A stretch of DNA of 64,000 nt from an uncultured delta proteobacterium (GTDB lineage: Bacteria; Desulfobacterota; Binatia; DP-6), in contig CAWFFN010000008.1 of assembly GCA_963815115.1 (NCBI GenBank), positions 96,001 through 160,000 on the forward strand, given 5' to 3'. The notes beneath the pieces were generated by a model. That model was not told where the DNA came from. It ran no database searches and saw only the letters and a program-made list of their open reading frames with translations. Position 1 is the stretch's first letter. Each line of letters opens with the position of its first letter. The position numbers and the translations under genes are program-made. Below, piece after piece: positions 33,701 through 45,582 of the stretch.

Positions 33701-34179
33701 CCGGCGGTGGTCAGATTGGCCGCCACGGGGCAGTTCTGTCCCCGCCTGGCCGTGGTGACGAAGGCGCGGTTGCCGCCCGGACCGGCGAAGACGATGTCGC
33801 GCGGCTCGTCGCAGGTGAGCAGCGTCCGTGTGACGCGCCACAGTCCCGAGGCCGAGTCGAGCGCGACGATGCTCACGCTGTCGGACAGGTGGTTGACGAC
33901 CCAGACCTCGGTCGCGCTACGCGCGGCGACCGCCACCGGCTCGAGGCCGACCGGCACCTCGTCCGCCAGCGTCAGACCCGCGGCGCTCACCGTGTAGATC
34001 TCGAGCCGGTTGTCGGGCGTGTTCACCGCGAAGAGCCGGCCGCCGTCGGGCGAGAGGGCGAGCGGCCGCACGTGGCCGCTCTCGAAGTTCACGAACTGGG
34101 CGGCCCCGAGGCGCCCGATCGAGAGCAACGCGGCGGTCGCGATCGCCACGATCGACGGTGTACGGCGCGCGCTCTGCAT
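30760..34179 (-). CDS. Secreted YVTN/YncE beta-propeller plus di-heme cytochrome c protein, with Thr-rich linker and C-terminal domain
   Basis: Signal peptide, VGLEPVAVA..WVVNHLSDSVS repeats, heme motifs CASCH and CTFCH, KGPMTTQTLRG, MHWRGDR. Confidence 0.88.
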   Translation of the reverse strand: MQSARRTPSIVAIATAALLSIGRLGAAQFVNFESGHVRPLALSPDGGRLFAVNTPDNRLEIYTVSAAGLTLADEVPVGLEPVAVAARSATEVWVVNHLSDSVSIVALDSASGLWRVTRTLLTCDEPRDIVFAGPGGNRAFVTTARRGQNCPVAANLTTAGTGRALVQVFDATNLGTTTLGGAPIANIVLFGDTPRALARNSSGSQVFAAVFESGNRTTTITESVVRGNGGMPAPPPGTTPGAPSTGLIVKFDGSSWLDELGRNWNAQVPFSLPDRDVFIIDANAGTPALVSGTSAVTGVGTVIFNMAVRPNAANQIYVTNTDARNQVRFEPRIPGDALGRGVQGHLAESRITVINGTTPAPHHLNPHIDYSCTPPACTPPASEAEASLAFPTDLVFSSDGNRVYVAGLGSGKVGIFDAAALEAGTIGAGTKTLVDVGGGPSGLALDESHDRLYVMNRFTHDISIVSSASNPAAAVETAVVPLRFDPEPAVVRDGRPFLYDARTTSGHGDSACASCHVFGDFDSLAWDLSNPFGDVLPNDNPFRLTPSADFSPGGPGVGIPCPNCVFHPMKGPMTTQTLRGMAGAGPMHWRGDRTGSTTGQDPLDEHLAFEAFNPAFVSLLGRSAQLTPGDMQAFTDFILTVTLPPNPIRALDNAASTDQGAGQTLFLNRLTDGGAITCTFCHRLPFGTDGLSTFEGEPQEFKIAHLRNLYQKVGKFGIPGQGSLGEQVRGFGVLHDGSVSTVFDFVSSPVFQNLNTTEKRQLEQFLLAFDTGLAPAVGQQVSIDASTFNTTAFVNRINLLVAQANAGACDLVVKGNIAGEARGAVYVGSNNFQTDRHAEGLLTTTQVRNLATAAGQEITFTCVPPGSGTRIGVDRDLDGVFDSREVDCHTDPADPQSFPPTLTGPCTVGTTTTTTTTHAGSTSTSSSSTTTTSGAGTSSTTTTTTLPSTAFVLVQTTSLGMRDRTAPPTPSARKLTFKSSTKKDAPSNRIVMPVPGSSGDPTPGGASGGGAVLIVYDSAGSGEQVSVTLPASGWELQGKTSAPKGYRFSGSDPDGPVSRVTVKADQVKIKAGKANWGYTLNETSQGRIAVRLQLGSGATWCADAPAKASGDSSTAANDHVDKFTAQPKTAPPATCPALP
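31340..31455 (-). repeat. Thr/Ser low-complexity linker (ACS/AGC codon repeats)
   Basis: Encodes TTTTTTTTHAGSTSTSSSSTTTTSGAGTSSTTTTTT. Confidence 0.8.
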
Positions 34180-34240
34180 CGTGTCCCCCCCTGGCGGCTC
34201 GAGCCGACGCGGCGGTTACACCACGAACGCGGTCTTCGGC

Positions 34241-36148
34241 TCAAGGCTCGAGTGCGCTACCCCCGTCCGTGGACACGCCCAGCACCCGGCCGTAGAAGCC
34301 GAGCTCTTCCTCCAGGGCTCGCCGGATCGACTCCGCGCGCCGGAATCCGTGCCCCTCGCCGGCGAAGGGCACGTAGGCGACCGGCAGCCCGCGCGCGCGC
34401 AGCGCAGCCACCATGGCCTCCGCTTGCCCCGGCGGGACGATCCGGTCGTCGAGCCCCTGGAAGAAGATGACCGGGCACGCGATGTGCTGCGCCGCGTGCA
34501 GCGGAGAGCGGGCGACGTAGAGGTCGCGCCGCTCCGGATACGGCCCGACCAGCCATTCGTCGTAGCGCGACTCGAACTTGTGCGTCTCGCGGTGCAGCGC
34601 CTCGAGGTCCCCGATCCCGAAATAGCTCGCGCCCGCCGCGAAGACGTCGTGGAACGCGAGCGCGCAGAGCACCGTGAATCCCCCCGCGCTGGAGCCGCGC
34701 ACCAGGAGCGCCCCCGGATCGACCCAGCCCTGGGCGACCGCGAAGCGCGCCGCGGCGACGCAATCCTCGACGTCGGCGATGCCCCACGAGCCGTAGAGCA
34801 GCCGGCGGTAGTCGCGCCCGTATCCGCTGCTGCCGGCGTAGTCGACGTCGAGAAAGGCGAGCCCCCGGGTGGTCCAGAACTGCACCGCCAGATCGAGCGC
34901 GCTGGATGCCGACCCCGTCGGTCCTCCGTGGCAGCGCACGAGCAGCGGCGGACACGCGCCGGGCGGGCCCTCGTAGCGCTGGTTGCGCGGGCGATACAGG
35001 ATGCCGTGCGCGACACGCCCGCCCGCGCTCGGGAACGCGATCGGCTCGGGCGGCGATACGTCGGCGGGGTCGAGCGGCGACCGGGCGGCGCGGCGCAGCA
35101 CGGTGCAGGTCTCGCGCTGCGTATCGAGGTGCACGACTGCCGCCGCCTCGGCAGTCGTCGCCCCGAGGAAGACCGCGCCGCCCGGCGCGGCGTGCACGAG
35201 ACCGATCTCGCAGAACGGGACGTCGATCGGCGCGAGGCGACCTCGCCGATCGAGACGGCCGAGATGCCAGCGCGCCTGCCGCGCGTAGGCGCAGAGGATC
35301 GTGCCGTCCGGCAGGAAGTCGTAGTGCGCCCCGCCGAAGAACCAGGGCGGACGCGCGAACTCGGCGTCCATGGGACAGAGTGCCGCGGACGCAGTGCCCT
35401 CCAGCCGGTAGAGGTTCCACCATCCGCTGCGATCGGACACGTAGTGCAACGCGCCCGTGGGCGACCACCGCGGCTCCGCCACCGATTCGTCGCCACCGCC
35501 CGCGACCCGGCGGGAGTCACGCAGTGCGCCGGCCCCGTCGATCCCGGCAATCCACAGCTCGCTGCGATCCCATGGCATGTCCGGGTGGCGCCACGCGATC
35601 CAGGCGAGCATCTCGCCGTCGGGGCTGAGCCGGGGCGCGGCGTAGAAGTCGTATCCGTCCGCCAGCACGACGGGCGCTCCGCGTCCCTCGAGATCGATGC
35701 GCACGAGGCAGTTGCGGGGCTCGCCGCTCTCGCGATGCTCCTCGCCGACCGCCAGGAGCAGGCCGCGGCGCCGATCGATGACACCGTCCGCGTAACGCCA
35801 CCTCCCCACCGGCGTGAGCGCGCGCGGCTCCCCAGCGCCGTCGATCCGGTACACCCGCTGGTCCGGCAGGTGGGAGAAGCACGCGATCCCATCCGCGACC
35901 GCGAACGACCCGCCGCCGTACTCGTGGACGCGCGTGCGCGCGTTCCAGGGCGGCGGGATCGCGTCGCGCGGCTCGGTCCCCGGCCGCCAGCAGACCAGGA
36001 CGGACCGTCCCTGCTCGGCGGGGCGGCCCTCGATCCACCAGATGGCGTCCCCGTCGACCGCGAGGCCGCCCAGGCCGAGGCTGGCGGCGGCCACCCGCTC
36101 GGCGGTGAGCGGCGATCGCCAGGCGCCGAACGGGACCACGTGGGTCAT
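34241..36148 (-). CDS. S9 family peptidase (prolyl oligopeptidase / acylaminoacyl peptidase)
   Basis: [31 protein letters not shown] and GEGHGFR motifs. Confidence 0.93.
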   Translation of the reverse strand: MTHVVPFGAWRSPLTAERVAAASLGLGGLAVDGDAIWWIEGRPAEQGRSVLVCWRPGTEPRDAIPPPWNARTRVHEYGGGSFAVADGIACFSHLPDQRVYRIDGAGEPRALTPVGRWRYADGVIDRRRGLLLAVGEEHRESGEPRNCLVRIDLEGRGAPVVLADGYDFYAAPRLSPDGEMLAWIAWRHPDMPWDRSELWIAGIDGAGALRDSRRVAGGGDESVAEPRWSPTGALHYVSDRSGWWNLYRLEGTASAALCPMDAEFARPPWFFGGAHYDFLPDGTILCAYARQARWHLGRLDRRGRLAPIDVPFCEIGLVHAAPGGAVFLGATTAEAAAVVHLDTQRETCTVLRRAARSPLDPADVSPPEPIAFPSAGGRVAHGILYRPRNQRYEGPPGACPPLLVRCHGGPTGSASSALDLAVQFWTTRGLAFLDVDYAGSSGYGRDYRRLLYGSWGIADVEDCVAAARFAVAQGWVDPGALLVRGSSAGGFTVLCALAFHDVFAAGASYFGIGDLEALHRETHKFESRYDEWLVGPYPERRDLYVARSPLHAAQHIACPVIFFQGLDDRIVPPGQAEAMVAALRARGLPVAYVPFAGEGHGFRRAESIRRALEEELGFYGRVLGVSTDGGSALEP

Positions 36149-36615
36149 GCGAGCTCGCCCGCCGTCCCGGTGTCGCTGCCGTGCCGGTCGCGGATGGCGG
36201 CATTCGCCAGCTCGTCGCAGCGCTCGTTCTCGGGGTGGCCGTCGTGGCCGCGTACCCAGTGCCAGCGGACCGCATGGGCCTGCGCCAGGACATCGAGCGC
36301 ACGCCAGAGGTCCTCGTTCTTGACCGGCTTGCGATCGGCGGTCCGCCAGCCGTTGCGCTTCCAGCGCGCCAGCCAGGTCGACATCCCGTTGCGCAGATAC
36401 TGGGAGTCGGTGTGCAGGTCGACCTCCGCGGTGGGCACCCGCAACGCGCGCAGCGCCTCGATGGCGGCCATGATCTCCATGCGGTTGTTGGTGGTCGAGG
36501 GCTCGTACCCGGAGAGCTCCCGCCGGTGTGCTCCGGCGATGAGGATCGCCGCCCAGCCGCCCGGACCGGGGTTCCCGGCGCAGGCGCCGTCGGTGAAGAT
36601 CGTCACGCGGCGCAT
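36145..36615 (-). CDS. rnhA: Ribonuclease HI
   Basis: [26 protein letters not shown] and [14 protein letters not shown] motifs. Confidence 0.97.
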   Translation of the reverse strand: MRRVTIFTDGACAGNPGPGGWAAILIAGAHRRELSGYEPSTTNNRMEIMAAIEALRALRVPTAEVDLHTDSQYLRNGMSTWLARWKRNGWRTADRKPVKNEDLWRALDVLAQAHAVRWHWVRGHDGHPENERCDELANAAIRDRHGSDTGTAGELA

Positions 36616-36619
36616 GAGG

Positions 36620-37510
36620 TCAGCGGGCGAGTGTAGGAGCGCTCGCCGCCACGGGCAATCCTCGGTCGCGGCGCACCAGGACGAGCACGAGGCCGAGGGT
36701 CACCGCGAGCGCGATCGCGCCAGCGACGCCGCCGACGAGCGGCGGCCATCCCGGACCGATCAGCCAGACCGGTGTGGCGCGGATGTCGAGGACCAGGCGC
36801 CCGACCCGGAAGACCGCCACCCAGGCGGCGTGGATGCCGATGGACGACCACAGGCTGCCGGTGCGCTGGCGCACCAGCACGAGGACCAGCCCGAGGCCGA
36901 AGAGCCCGAGCACGCCGGGCACGACGCCCGGGCGTGCGAGCGGTGCGAAGAGCGCGAGGGTGCGGTCGACTCCCGCCCACGGGTAGGCCGCGCGCGAACC
37001 GCCGGGCCGGAGCGCGTGCACGATCGCGTAGATCCCCGTGCTGAGGACGATGCCGGCGGGCCGGCCGAGGTCGGCCGTGAAGCGCCGCAGGAGCACGCCG
37101 CGGAAGAGTGCCTCCTCGCCCACCGCCACGAGGACCGCGCCCAGCACTCCGGCCGCCGCCTTGGCCACGGTCTTCGCCGCGCCGTAGCGCAGCGCGGGCA
37201 CCATCGCACCGCCGAGCCAGCACGCGACGACGCCGGCCAGGACGCCGAGGACGCCGATCAGGAGGCCGCGGGCCAGATCCCGTGCCCGGCGCGGCTGGCG
37301 CAGCCCGATCTGCGTCGCGTTGCCGAGGTCGAGGCGCCGCCAGCCGAGGAGGATCGCGCCGACCAGCAGGAGCTCGAACACGCGGTTGTAGACGCGCGAG
37401 AACTTGAAGGCGAAGCCGAGGCCCGTCGCCGCCATGGCGATCCACGGGCTCGCGAACGTGGTCACCACCAGCAGGACGAGGACGAGCCCGAGAAGACCGA
37501 GGGTTCGCAT
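36620..37510 (-). CDS. CPBP family intramembrane protease
   Basis: EEALFRG, YAIVH and IGIHAAW motifs in a multi-TM protein. Confidence 0.85.
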   Translation of the reverse strand: MRTLGLLGLVLVLLVVTTFASPWIAMAATGLGFAFKFSRVYNRVFELLLVGAILLGWRRLDLGNATQIGLRQPRRARDLARGLLIGVLGVLAGVVACWLGGAMVPALRYGAAKTVAKAAAGVLGAVLVAVGEEALFRGVLLRRFTADLGRPAGIVLSTGIYAIVHALRPGGSRAAYPWAGVDRTLALFAPLARPGVVPGVLGLFGLGLVLVLVRQRTGSLWSSIGIHAAWVAVFRVGRLVLDIRATPVWLIGPGWPPLVGGVAGAIALAVTLGLVLVLVRRDRGLPVAASAPTLAR

Positions 37511-37520
37511 GGCGACGTCG

Positions 37521-38123
37521 CTAGGCTCCGAGCTGCGTGCGCACGAGACCCTCCAGCCGCTGCACCATCGCCGCCCTCGACAGGCCGAGATCACGCAGCT
37601 CGCCGTCGGCGGCGGCGTCACACACGCGCTCGAGCGTGAAGAGCAGGAGGGCGTCGTCCTCCGTCGCGCGCGCCGGGCCGCGGTGGCGCAGGCGGAGCTC
37701 GCGCAGGAGGCCGAGCTGGCGAGCACGCTGGCGGCGATGGCAGCGGCGGGCGGCGGCGTCGGTCGCGACGAGCGCGCGCAGGCTCGCACGGAAGCCGCGC
37801 CAGCGGCGGTGGAGCGCGAGCAGCAGCGCCACGACGCGGGCCGCCGTCACCTCCCCGCTGCCGCCGGCGGCAACCACCTGCTCGACCGCCTGCCACTCCG
37901 CCGTCACCCAGGCCTCGTAGGCCTCGAGGAAGATCGCGCGCTTGTCGGCGAAGTGCTTGTAGAAGGAGCCCGGCGCGTAGCCGGCCGCGCGCGCGATGCG
38001 GTTCGAGTCGGTGCCGTGGAAGCCGTCGCGGTTGAAGACGCGCGCGGCCGCGGCCACCAGGCGCGCCCGGGTCGCCGCCGGGCTCCCGCGGCGCGGCCGC
38101 GGGGGGCTCCGCCGTCGTGCCAT
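37521..38123 (-). CDS. TetR/AcrR family regulator
   Basis: TRARLVAAAARVFNRDGFHGT..IARAAGYAPGSFYKHFADK HTH. Confidence 0.9.
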   Translation of the reverse strand: MARRRSPPRPRRGSPAATRARLVAAAARVFNRDGFHGTDSNRIARAAGYAPGSFYKHFADKRAIFLEAYEAWVTAEWQAVEQVVAAGGSGEVTAARVVALLLALHRRWRGFRASLRALVATDAAARRCHRRQRARQLGLLRELRLRHRGPARATEDDALLLFTLERVCDAAADGELRDLGLSRAAMVQRLEGLVRTQLGA

Positions 38124-38143
38124 GGTGCGCTCTCCTAGCACAG

Positions 38144-38180
38144 TTGACCGGCGCGCGCCTCCGGTGATATTTTCATCACT
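38144..38180 (+). promoter_or_regulatory. Sigma70-like promoter with an overlapping inverted repeat (candidate TetR operator)
   Basis: TTGACC-N18-TATTTT with an extended TG; GTGAT-N6-ATCAC at 38164-38179 ends next to the ATG at 38181. Confidence 0.55.
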
Positions 38181-39056
38181 ATGGAGAGCCTGCGATCGGC
38201 CGTCGGTGCGTCCCCGTCTGCCCGCCGCGTCGTGGTCGACGGCGTCGCGCTGGCGGTCGACGACGAGGGCAGCGGACCGCCCCTCGTGTGTCTGCACGCC
38301 ATCGGGCACGGCGCATCCGATTTCGCCCGGCTGCGCGGTCGCCTGGCGTCGCGCTGGCGGGTGATCGCGCCCGACTGGCCCGGCCAGGGCCGGTCGGGGC
38401 CGGATCGGGTCCCGGCCAGCGCGACGCGCTACGCCGACCTCCTCGGCCACGTCCTCGACGCCTGCGACGTCGACCGCGCGGTGCTGCTCGGCAACTCGAT
38501 CGGCGGTGCCGCCGCGATTCGCCATGCCGCCGACCATCCCGAGCGCGTCTCGGCACTGATCCTCGAGAACCCGGGCGGCCTCGACCCGGGCGACGATCCC
38601 CTGGGGCGCGCCGTTCTCGGCGCGATGGCCGCGTTCTTCGGCGCCGGAGCCCGGGGCGCAGCCTGGTTCCCGGCCGCCTTCGCGGCCTACTACCGGCTCG
38701 TGCTGCAGCGCGGGGCCGCGGCGCCCCAGCGCCGGCGCATCGTCGGCTCGGCGCGCGAGATTGCCCCCGTGCTGCACGCCGCCTGGATCAGCTTCGCCAC
38801 GCCGGAGGCCGACCTGCGAGCGCTCCTGCCCGCGATCCGATGCCCGGTGCTGGTCGCCTGGGCCGCGCGCGACCAGCTGATCCAGCTCCGGCGCTGCCGT
38901 CCCGCGCTGGCGCGCTTTCCCTCCGCCCGCCTGGAGACGTTCGCCGCCGGCCACGCTCCCCACCTGGAGACCCCGGAGCTCTTCGAAGCCGCGCTCGACC
39001 GCTTCCTGGAGCCGCTGCGCGAGGAGTCCCCCCGGCGGAACGCTCACGTGGTGTAG
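38181..39056 (+). CDS. Alpha/beta fold hydrolase
   Basis: PDWPGQGRS, GNSIGG and AGHAPHLE motifs; divergent from the TetR gene. Confidence 0.9.
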   Translation: MESLRSAVGASPSARRVVVDGVALAVDDEGSGPPLVCLHAIGHGASDFARLRGRLASRWRVIAPDWPGQGRSGPDRVPASATRYADLLGHVLDACDVDRAVLLGNSIGGAAAIRHAADHPERVSALILENPGGLDPGDDPLGRAVLGAMAAFFGAGARGAAWFPAAFAAYYRLVLQRGAAAPQRRRIVGSAREIAPVLHAAWISFATPEADLRALLPAIRCPVLVAWAARDQLIQLRRCRPALARFPSARLETFAAGHAPHLETPELFEAALDRFLEPLREESPRRNAHVV

Positions 39057-40245
39057 GCGGCGTTGAAGTGCACGTACGCGACGGTGAGGTCGGAGGTGAG
39101 CATGCGCCCCCGCCCCCGCCCCCGTCCGAGCGCGAGCTGCAGGCGAAACTCACGACGCGCCATGCGCCGCCGCGCGCGCACCAGCGCACCTGGAATCGGC
39201 CGGCCCCGCCGTGACACCGCCACCCCGTCGATGGTCACGTCGATGCGGTCCGGGTCGAGCGCCACGCCCGCCGTGCCGGCGGCGCACACGAAGCGGCCCC
39301 AGTTCGGGTCGCCGCCCGCGAACGCCGCCCGGCACAGCGTCGAGGTGGCGATCGCGCGCGCGACCCGCTGCGCATCCGCGTCGCGTCGTGCACCCGTCAC
39401 CACGACCTCCACCAGACGTGACGCTCCCTCGCCGTCGAGGACGACCAGCCGGGCGAGCTCCTCGAGCACCTCGGCGACCGCGCGCGCGAAGCGCCGGTAG
39501 CCCGCCGACCCGGGTGCCACCCTCCGGTTGCCGGCAGCGCCGCTCGCCAGCAGCAGCACGGTGTCGTTCGTGCTCATGTCGCCGTCGACGCTGACCGCGT
39601 TGAAGCTGGTCGCCACGCCGTCGGTGAGGGCTCGGCGTGCGACGCGACGCTCGACGACGGCGTCGGTCAGCACGAAGACGAGCAGCGTCGCCATGTCGGG
39701 GGCGATCATGCCGGCGCCCTTGCCCATGGCGGCGATCGTGACCGCGCGTCCGCCGAGGCGCGTTCGCCGGACCGCGGTCTTCGGGAAGGCGTCGGTGGTC
39801 ATGATGGCCCGGGCCGCCTCGGGGAAGCCGCCCGATCCGAGCGCCTGGTGGGCGGCGCGCACGCCACGCAGGAGCCGGGGGCCCGGCACCGGCACGCCGA
39901 TGCGGCCCGTGGCGCACGCGAGCACGCCCTCCGCCGGCACGCCGAGCAGCTCGGCCGCGAGCGCCGTCGACACCTCGACGATGCGCAGCCCCTGGCGCCC
40001 GGTGCACGCGTTGGCGTTCCCGCGTGCACCAGGACCGCCGAGGCGTTGCCGGTGCGCAGCCGCGCGCGGGTCGTCACCACCGGCGCCGCCTTCACGCGGT
40101 TGGTGGTGAGGACGCCGGCCGCCACGCCGGGGGCGTCGAGGGCGATGAGGGCGACGTCGGGCCCGCGCGTCTTGAAGCCCGCTCGCACTCCGGCGAAGCG
40201 GAAGCCGGGCACGCGCACGCGGTGAGCGCGCCGCGGTAGCTTCAC
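39044..40245 (-). CDS. argJ: Ornithine acetyltransferase ArgJ (one frameshift near 40020)
   Basis: GFRFAGV, TTNRVKAAPV, then a frame switch to NANACTG, IMTTD, KGAGMIAPDMAT, DMSTND, DGEGA, DPNWGR and NAAYTT. Confidence 0.92.
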
Positions 40246-40255
40246 GCGTGCGCCC

Positions 40256-43790
<3,535 letters not shown>

Positions 43791-43801
43791 CGAAGCGCGC
43801 T

Positions 43802-43830
43802 ATTGTTTCCGCGAGCCCCGCGAGGGTCAA
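43802..43830 (-). promoter_or_regulatory. Candidate secA promoter
   Basis: TTGACC-N17-AACAAT ending 11 nt upstream of the ATG. Confidence 0.45.
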
Positions 43831-43849
43831 GTGCGGGGAGGCTCCGTCC

Positions 43850-45397
43850 TCACTCGACACGGGCCTGCAGCGCCTGGGGCGCGCGCTGCAGCTCCAGGTG
43901 GCGGGTCGCGCCGGCACGCTCGAGGCGTCCGAGGAGCACGTCGACGGTGGGCTCGATGCGCTCGATGAACGGGCGCGGGTAGACGCCGATCCAGACCATG
44001 AAGACGACCATGGAGGCCGCCACGAAGACCTCGCGCCGGTTCAGGTCGGCGAGCGACCGGTTGGACTCGTGGGTGATCGGGCCGAAGGCCACCCGCTGGT
44101 ACATGGTGAGCATGTAGACCGCCCCCAGGATGATGCCCACGGTGCCCACGGCGCCGGCGACCGGGTGCGCACGGAACGCGCCGCTCAGGATCAGGAACTC
44201 GCCGACGAAGCCGTTGAGGCCCGGCAGGCCGATCGAGGACAGCGTCACCACGAGGAAGAACGCCGACCACAACGGCACGGTGCCCCAGATGCCGCCGTAC
44301 TGGGAGATCTCGCGGGTGTGCGTCCGGTCGTAGATGAGCCCGACGAGGATGAAGAGCGCGCCGGTCGAGAGCCCGTGGTTGACCATCTGGAGCACGCCGC
44401 CGGTGATCCCCGTGAGGTTGAAGGCGTAGAGCCCGAGCATCACGAACCCCATGTGGCTCACCGACGAGTACGCCACCAGACGCTTCATGTCGGGCTGCGG
44501 GTAGGCGACGAGCGCGCCGTAGACGATGCCGATCACCGCCAGGACCATGACGAGCGGGAAGGCGTCCTGGGCCGCCAGGGGGAACATGGGGATCGAGAAG
44601 CGCAGGAAGGCGTAGGCGCCCATCTTGAGGAGCACGCCGGCGAGGTCGACCGATCCGCCGGTCGGGGCCTCGGTGTGGGCATCCGGCAGCCACGTGTGGA
44701 ACGGCACCATCGGCACCTTGATCATGAACGCGAAGGTGAAGGAGGCGAACAGCCAGACCTGCTCGGTGTAGGTGAGCGGCGTGCCGTAGAGGGTGGTGAT
44801 GTCGAAGCTGGGCGCCCCGGTGGCCTGCGCGTGGCGCAGCGACAGGTAGATGACGCCGACGAGCATGAATGCGCTGCCGGCGAGCGTGTAGAGGATGAAC
44901 TTGGTCGCGGCGTACTGGCGCCGGCCGTGCCCCCAGATCCAGATGACGAACGCCATCGGGATCAGCATGAACTCCCAGAAGAAGAAGAACAGCAGGAGGT
45001 CGGTGGCGCACAGCGCCCCCAGCATGGCGCTCTCGAGCACCAGCATGAACACCATGAAGAGGCGCACGCGCTCGGTGATGTCGGTCCAGGCGGCGAGGAC
45101 GACGACCGGCGTGAGGAAGGTGGTCAGCAGGATGAGCCACAGAGAGAAGCCGTCCACCCCCATCGCATAGTCGACGCCGAGCGCCGGGATCCACGGCACA
45201 CGCTCGCGAAGCTGGAGGGTGCCCACCGCCGGATCGAAGTCCGCCAGCATGACCAGCGCGAGCACGAACGGGACGAGCGCGAGCACGAACGCCGCGACCC
45301 GCGGGACCCGCACCGGCTCGGCCGGCAGGAGCTGCACGACGATCGCAGCGACCAGCGGCGAGAAGACGATCAGGCTGAGGACGGGCACACCCGTCAT
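43850..45397 (-). CDS. nuoM: NADH-quinone oxidoreductase subunit M (isolated copy)
   Basis: FFFWEFMLIPM, KVPMVPFHTWLPDAHTEAPT, KRLVAYSSVSHMG and GLPGLNGFVGEF motifs. Confidence 0.92.
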   Translation of the reverse strand: MTGVPVLSLIVFSPLVAAIVVQLLPAEPVRVPRVAAFVLALVPFVLALVMLADFDPAVGTLQLRERVPWIPALGVDYAMGVDGFSLWLILLTTFLTPVVVLAAWTDITERVRLFMVFMLVLESAMLGALCATDLLLFFFFWEFMLIPMAFVIWIWGHGRRQYAATKFILYTLAGSAFMLVGVIYLSLRHAQATGAPSFDITTLYGTPLTYTEQVWLFASFTFAFMIKVPMVPFHTWLPDAHTEAPTGGSVDLAGVLLKMGAYAFLRFSIPMFPLAAQDAFPLVMVLAVIGIVYGALVAYPQPDMKRLVAYSSVSHMGFVMLGLYAFNLTGITGGVLQMVNHGLSTGALFILVGLIYDRTHTREISQYGGIWGTVPLWSAFFLVVTLSSIGLPGLNGFVGEFLILSGAFRAHPVAGAVGTVGIILGAVYMLTMYQRVAFGPITHESNRSLADLNRREVFVAASMVVFMVWIGVYPRPFIERIEPTVDVLLGRLERAGATRHLELQRAPQALQARVE

Positions 45398-45582
45398 CCG
45401 ACGGGCTCCCCGGAACGGGCCGTGGCCACCGCGGCTCTATGCCGGATGGCCGGAGCACCCGCAAGCGCAGCGCCGCGGGGCGACCGTGCGGCGGCTCGCG
45501 ACGGACTCCGCATTGACCTCGGAGGCCCGGCCATAGTACCGCCGCGGCGCCGAACCCGCCGTGCGGGTATCGCCAGCCACCG

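Noticed and set aside
34010-37639. 1209-aa ORF on the + strand
   Set aside because: Antisense shadow of the S9 peptidase, rnhA and CPBP genes; no motifs.
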